The notes under the pieces are model-generated. The model was not told where the DNA came from, searched no databases, and saw only the letters and a program-made list of their open reading frames with translations. This document shows, piece by piece, positions 28,449 to 32,000 of a stretch of DNA of 32,000 nucleotides. Both the position numbers and the translations under genes were made by a program. The stretch is from Geobacter metallireducens GS-15. GTDB taxonomy: Bacteria; Desulfobacterota; Desulfuromonadia; Geobacterales; Geobacteraceae. The stretch covers positions 210,001-242,000 of the forward strand of contig NC_007517.1 of the NCBI RefSeq assembly GCF_000012925.1. Direction: 5' to 3'. Within the stretch, counting starts at the first letter, position 1. Each line of letters starts with the position of its first letter.

Positions 28449-29356
28449 CCCGGCATTTTCTTGCCCTCAACCAGTATACCAAAGAAGCCCTCGACGCCCT
28501 CTTCGCCCTGACACGGGAGCTGAAGGAAGAGCAGAAAAAGGGGATTCCCCACCGGATACTGGAGGGAAAAAGCGTCGCCCTCATTTTCGAAAAGTCGTCC
28601 ACCAGGACTCGTATTTCCTTTGAGGTGGGGGTTCATCAGCTGGGAGCCCATCCGCTTTTCATCTCCTCGGCCACGTCCCAGATGGGGCGGGGCGAGCCCG
28701 TAAGGGACACCGCCCGCGTCATGGCCCGCTACTGTGACGGCGTCATGATCCGCACTTACGGCCAGGAGATTGTGGAGGAGTTTGCCCGCTATTCGTCGGT
28801 GCCGGTCATAAACGGCCTCACCGACCTGTTCCATCCCTGCCAGATCATGGCCGATCTCTTTACGGTCATCGAGCACAAGGGGAAATACGACGGGCTGAAA
28901 TTCGCCTGGGTCGGCGACGGCAACAACATGGCCAATACCTGGATCGAGGCCGCCGCCATCCTCGGCTTCGACCTGGCTCTGGCCTGCCCGGAGGGGTATG
29001 AGCCTGACCGCACTGTCTGGGACTGGGCCCAGAAGAAAGCCACGTCGTCCATTACTATCACCCGGGATCCAAAAGAGGCCGTGCGCGACGCCGATGTCGT
29101 CAACACCGACGTCTGGGCCAGCATGGGGCAGGAGCAGGAACAGAAGGTGCGCGAGGTGGCGTTCAAGGGCTACTGTCTCGACGACGACCTGGTTGCCCTG
29201 GCTAAGCCCGACTGCATGGTTCTCCACTGCCTCCCGGCCCACCGGGGTGAGGAGATCACCGACAGCGTCATCGAAGGCCCCCGTTCCGCCGTCTGGGACG
29301 AGGCAGAGAACCGGCTCCACGTACAGAAAGCCATCATGGCTTCGTTGTTGAAGTAA
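28445..29356 (+). CDS. argF: Ornithine carbamoyltransferase
   Basis: The STRTR, HPCQ and [10 protein letters not shown] motifs are present. The ATG overlaps the argD stop (ATGA). Confidence 0.95.
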   Translation: MTRHFLALNQYTKEALDALFALTRELKEEQKKGIPHRILEGKSVALIFEKSSTRTRISFEVGVHQLGAHPLFISSATSQMGRGEPVRDTARVMARYCDGVMIRTYGQEIVEEFARYSSVPVINGLTDLFHPCQIMADLFTVIEHKGKYDGLKFAWVGDGNNMANTWIEAAAILGFDLALACPEGYEPDRTVWDWAQKKATSSITITRDPKEAVRDADVVNTDVWASMGQEQEQKVREVAFKGYCLDDDLVALAKPDCMVLHCLPAHRGEEITDSVIEGPRSAVWDEAENRLHVQKAIMASLLK

Positions 29357-29388
29357 CTGATCCCATTCCGATCCAAAAGGAGACTTAC

Positions 29389-30609
29389 ATGGCCAAAGTG
29401 CACAAAGACGTGAAAAAGATCGTCCTCGCCTACTCGGGCGGGCTCGACACCTCCATCATCCTCAAGTGGCTCAAGAACGAGTACGGCTGCGAGGTCATAG
29501 CCTTCTCCGCCGACCTGGGCCAGGGCGACGAGCTTGCCCCGATCCGCGACAAAGCCTTCGCTACCGGCGCCGACAAGGTCTATATCGACGATCTGAAGGA
29601 AGAGTTCGTCAGGGACTTCGTATTCCCCATGTTCCGCGCCAACGCCATCTACGAGGGTCACTACCTCCTGGGCACCTCCATCGCCCGGCCACTCATCGCC
29701 AAGCGCCAGATGGAGATCGCGAAGATCGAGGGAGCCGACGCCGTATCCCATGGCGCCACCGGCAAGGGGAACGATCAGGTCCGTTTCGAGCTGGCCTACT
29801 ACCACTTTGACCCGGCCATCACGGTTGTGGTCCCGTGGCGGGAGTGGAAGCTCAACAGCCGCCAGGCCCTGGTGAACTACGCCAAGAAAAACGGGATTCC
29901 GATCCCGGTCACCAAGAAGCGTCCCTGGTCCTCGGACCGCAACATGCTTCACATCTCCTTCGAAGGGGGTATCCTGGAGGATACCTGGGCCGAGCCCCCC
30001 GAGAACATGTACGTGCTCACCAAGGCGCCGGAGAAGGCCCCCAACAAGCCCCAGTTCGTGGAGATCGAGTTCAAGAACGGCAACGCCGTGGCCGTTGACG
30101 GCGAGAAGATGAGCCCGGCCCAGCTTCTGGCCCACCTGAACTACATCGGCGGCGAGCACGGCATCGGCCGGGTGGACCTGCTGGAGAACCGTTCCGTGGG
30201 GATGAAGTCACGGGGCGTGTACGAGACCCCCGGCGGCACCATCCTGCGCGAGGCCCACTCGGCGGTGGAGCAGATCACCATGGACCGCGAAGTCATGAGA
30301 ATCCGCGACTCCCTTATCCCCGAGTACGCCCGCCAGGTCTATTCCGGCTACTGGTTCTCCCCGGAGCGGGAAATGCTCCAGACCCTGATTGACGACTCCC
30401 AGAAGTGCGTGAACGGCGTGGCCCGGGTGAAGCTCTACAAGGGGCATTGCCGCACCGTAGGCCGCAAGTCCGAGACCAACTCCCTCTTCAACCTGGATTT
30501 CGCCACCTTCGAGAAGGATCAGGTATTCAACCAGGCCGACGCCACCGGCTTCATCAAGATCAACTCCCTGCGGCTGCGGATCAGGGCGCTCATGCAGGGG
30601 AAAAAGTAG
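29389..30609 (+). CDS. argG: Argininosuccinate synthase
   Basis: The [12 protein letters not shown]-binding motif and [15 protein letters not shown] are present. An AAAGGAGA SD lies upstream. Confidence 0.95.
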   Translation: MAKVHKDVKKIVLAYSGGLDTSIILKWLKNEYGCEVIAFSADLGQGDELAPIRDKAFATGADKVYIDDLKEEFVRDFVFPMFRANAIYEGHYLLGTSIARPLIAKRQMEIAKIEGADAVSHGATGKGNDQVRFELAYYHFDPAITVVVPWREWKLNSRQALVNYAKKNGIPIPVTKKRPWSSDRNMLHISFEGGILEDTWAEPPENMYVLTKAPEKAPNKPQFVEIEFKNGNAVAVDGEKMSPAQLLAHLNYIGGEHGIGRVDLLENRSVGMKSRGVYETPGGTILREAHSAVEQITMDREVMRIRDSLIPEYARQVYSGYWFSPEREMLQTLIDDSQKCVNGVARVKLYKGHCRTVGRKSETNSLFNLDFATFEKDQVFNQADATGFIKINSLRLRIRALMQGKK

Positions 30610-30648
30610 GAAAACGCGCCTTTTCGCAATCTCTGAATCATGACATCA

Positions 30649-30677
30649 GGGACACGGTTCGCCGTGTCCCTTCGTCT
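30649..30677 (+). terminator. Perfect 9-bp stem with a UUCG tetraloop after argG (weak terminator or RNA-stabilising hairpin)
   Basis: The stem GGGACACGG (30649-30657) / CCGTGTCCC (30662-30670) has loop TTCG and is followed by only a short interrupted T tract (TTCGTCT). The Nudix ATG follows 13 nt later. Confidence 0.45.
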
Positions 30678-30682
30678 ATCCC

Positions 30683-31126
30683 ATGACCAAGAAGACTTTC
30701 AAGAAAGACCACATAGTCACCTCTGTCGTGGCGGTCATCGTGGACGATGACGGGCAGGTGCTCCTCACCAAGCGGAACGTGAGCCCCTTCAAGGGCGAAT
30801 GGGTCATGCCGGGGGGGAAGATCGATCTGGGCGAGCCGATTATCAAGGCCCTCCAGCGGGAGGTTATGGAAGAGGTGGGGCTTCAGGTGGAGGTGGAGGA
30901 CCTGGTCGACGTTTTCGAGCACGTGACGCCGGGTGAGGACAACTACCACTTCATCATCCTCTACTATCTCTGCCACCCCCTCTACTGTGACATCAACCAC
31001 AATCTGGACGAGGTGGAGGAGGCCCGCTGGGTTCCCCGCGGGGAATTGATAAACTACAAGATGCCCCAGGGGGCCAGATTCATCCTTGGGAAAATTTTCC
31101 CGGAACTCTGCAGCTGCGAGACGTGA
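30683..31126 (+). CDS. Nudix (MutT-family) hydrolase
   Basis: The Nudix box GGKIDLGEPIIKALQREVMEEVGL fits GX5EX7REUXEEXGU. The ORF is 147 aa. Confidence 0.85.
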   Translation: MTKKTFKKDHIVTSVVAVIVDDDGQVLLTKRNVSPFKGEWVMPGGKIDLGEPIIKALQREVMEEVGLQVEVEDLVDVFEHVTPGEDNYHFIILYYLCHPLYCDINHNLDEVEEARWVPRGELINYKMPQGARFILGKIFPELCSCET

Positions 31127-31136
31127 CGAGGTCTCC

Positions 31137-32000
31137 ATGGTCCAGATCATCGACAAAAAGGTGAATCTTGAATATGCGCTGGGGCACCACCTCCACTGCA
31201 TGATCGCCCAGGTGCCGAACCGGATCCGCCGGGCAGAGAAGGGGTTTGCTGTCATGGAGCCCGACCGCCAGTGGGAAGCGGTCCGGTCGATCCTGGACCT
31301 GGTGGCGGGGGGGGAGGGGAACCTGAAAAAGCTCCACTTCCTCATGCTTCCCGAGACCCATGTCCCCGTTGTCCGCTTCGACGAGATGCTCAGGATCATC
31401 GACGGCACCTTTCGCCCCAATTCGGTGACCATGTTCGGGGTGGAGCACGTGAGCCTCAAGGCCTACCGGGAGATGCTGGAGCGGTTTCGGGAGGACAACG
31501 CCGAGGCCATCGAGCTGGTGGACCGGGACATTGACTCCGGCGACGTGCTGGAAATGCCGGTGAACTGGTGCTGCGTGGCGGTGAAGGAGGCGACGGGGAA
31601 ACTGCGCGTCTTCCTGGAGGCAAAGAGCCATCCCTTCCATGGGGAGGAGTTCCTGGACAAGTTCCACGATCTCTACCGGGGGCGCCACTTTTACCTGTTC
31701 CGGAGCCGCCCCTCATGCTTCAATTTCATGGTCCTGATCTGCCTCGACTATCTCTACCGCGATCTTTACAGCTCCAATATCCGGCAGATCATCGACCACG
31801 CGAACCAGCTCTATTTCTCCACCCGCCAGACCCTGGACACCATTTTCGTGGTCCAGTGCAACCCGAAGCCGGAACACCGGGCCTACCGGGACGTCCTTTC
31901 CGGCTTCTACGGCGAGTACCTGGAGGATACGCCGGGGGTGCGGGAGACGGTGACCGTCTTCGGCAATACCTCTGACGAAACGCGAATCGAGGATGCCCCT
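31137..32000 (+). CDS. Uncharacterised protein, N-terminal 288 aa (continues beyond the window); possible divergent carbon-nitrogen hydrolase (nitrilase-superfamily) fold
   Basis: This ORF is absent from the track because no stop occurs before the window end. ATG 31137 has GAGG (31128-31131) 5 nt upstream. The frame is open for 288 codons with G/C-rich third positions. Motifs LHFLMLPE(73), LEAK(163)SHPFHGEEF and MVLIC(202)LDY mimic the nitrilase Glu/Lys/Cys triad pattern. The confidence value refers to coding status; the functional call rates about 0.35. Confidence 0.7.
   Translation, partial: MVQIIDKKVNLEYALGHHLHCMIAQVPNRIRRAEKGFAVMEPDRQWEAVRSILDLVAGGEGNLKKLHFLMLPETHVPVVRFDEMLRIIDGTFRPNSVTMFGVEHVSLKAYREMLERFREDNAEAIELVDRDIDSGDVLEMPVNWCCVAVKEATGKLRVFLEAKSHPFHGEEFLDKFHDLYRGRHFYLFRSRPSCFNFMVLICLDYLYRDLYSSNIRQIIDHANQLYFSTRQTLDTIFVVQCNPKPEHRAYRDVLSGFYGEYLEDTPGVRETVTVFGNTSDETRIEDAP

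Overview
This is a high-GC, densely packed bacterial chromosomal segment, and almost all of it is housekeeping. My hand counts of single 60-nt lines gave about 63-65% GC in most genes. Gene order is: DCC-like gene (partial), small zinc-ribbon ORF, tex, a 59-aa membrane ORF, tpx and cheX-like (minus strand), rdgC-like, a YeiE-like LysR regulator divergent from a YeiH-family transporter, MBL-fold hydrolase, hemB, DoxX, PilZ, prfC, larB-larC-pgpA-cinA, PAS/GAF sensor kinase, recA-pilT-like-recX-alaS, REC-kinase hybrid, argB-argD-argF-argG, Nudix hydrolase, and an unlisted ORF that runs off the window end. From memory this order resembles the Geobacter/Desulfuromonadales core genome. That is an inference I cannot verify here. 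I saw no rRNA, tRNA, CRISPR array, transposase, integrase or obvious defence island. Several genes appear to use non-ATG starts (prfC TTG, larC TTG, cinA GTG, recA GTG, argB GTG), and several track ORFs carry spurious N-terminal extensions that I trimmed using SD position and conserved N-termini. I do not see an unambiguous novel multi-gene system. The best candidates for a second look are: (1) a PilT/PilU-family ATPase wedged between recA and recX with 3-nt and 0-nt gaps; (2) an ORF at 31137 to beyond 32000, absent from the ORF track, with a nitrilase-superfamily-like Glu/Lys/Cys motif pattern, sitting with a Nudix gene behind argBDFG; (3) an overlapping larB-larC-pgpA-cinA unit that links nickel-pincer cofactor synthesis to pyridine-nucleotide salvage; (4) a 20-bp perfect inverted repeat flanking 104 nt (MITE/REP-like) upstream of the MBL gene; (5) a 15/16 match to the sigma28 consensus in front of the cheX-like gene, plus a 12-nt inverted repeat that covers the tpx Shine-Dalgarno. 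The many long antisense ORFs in the track are high-GC shadow frames.
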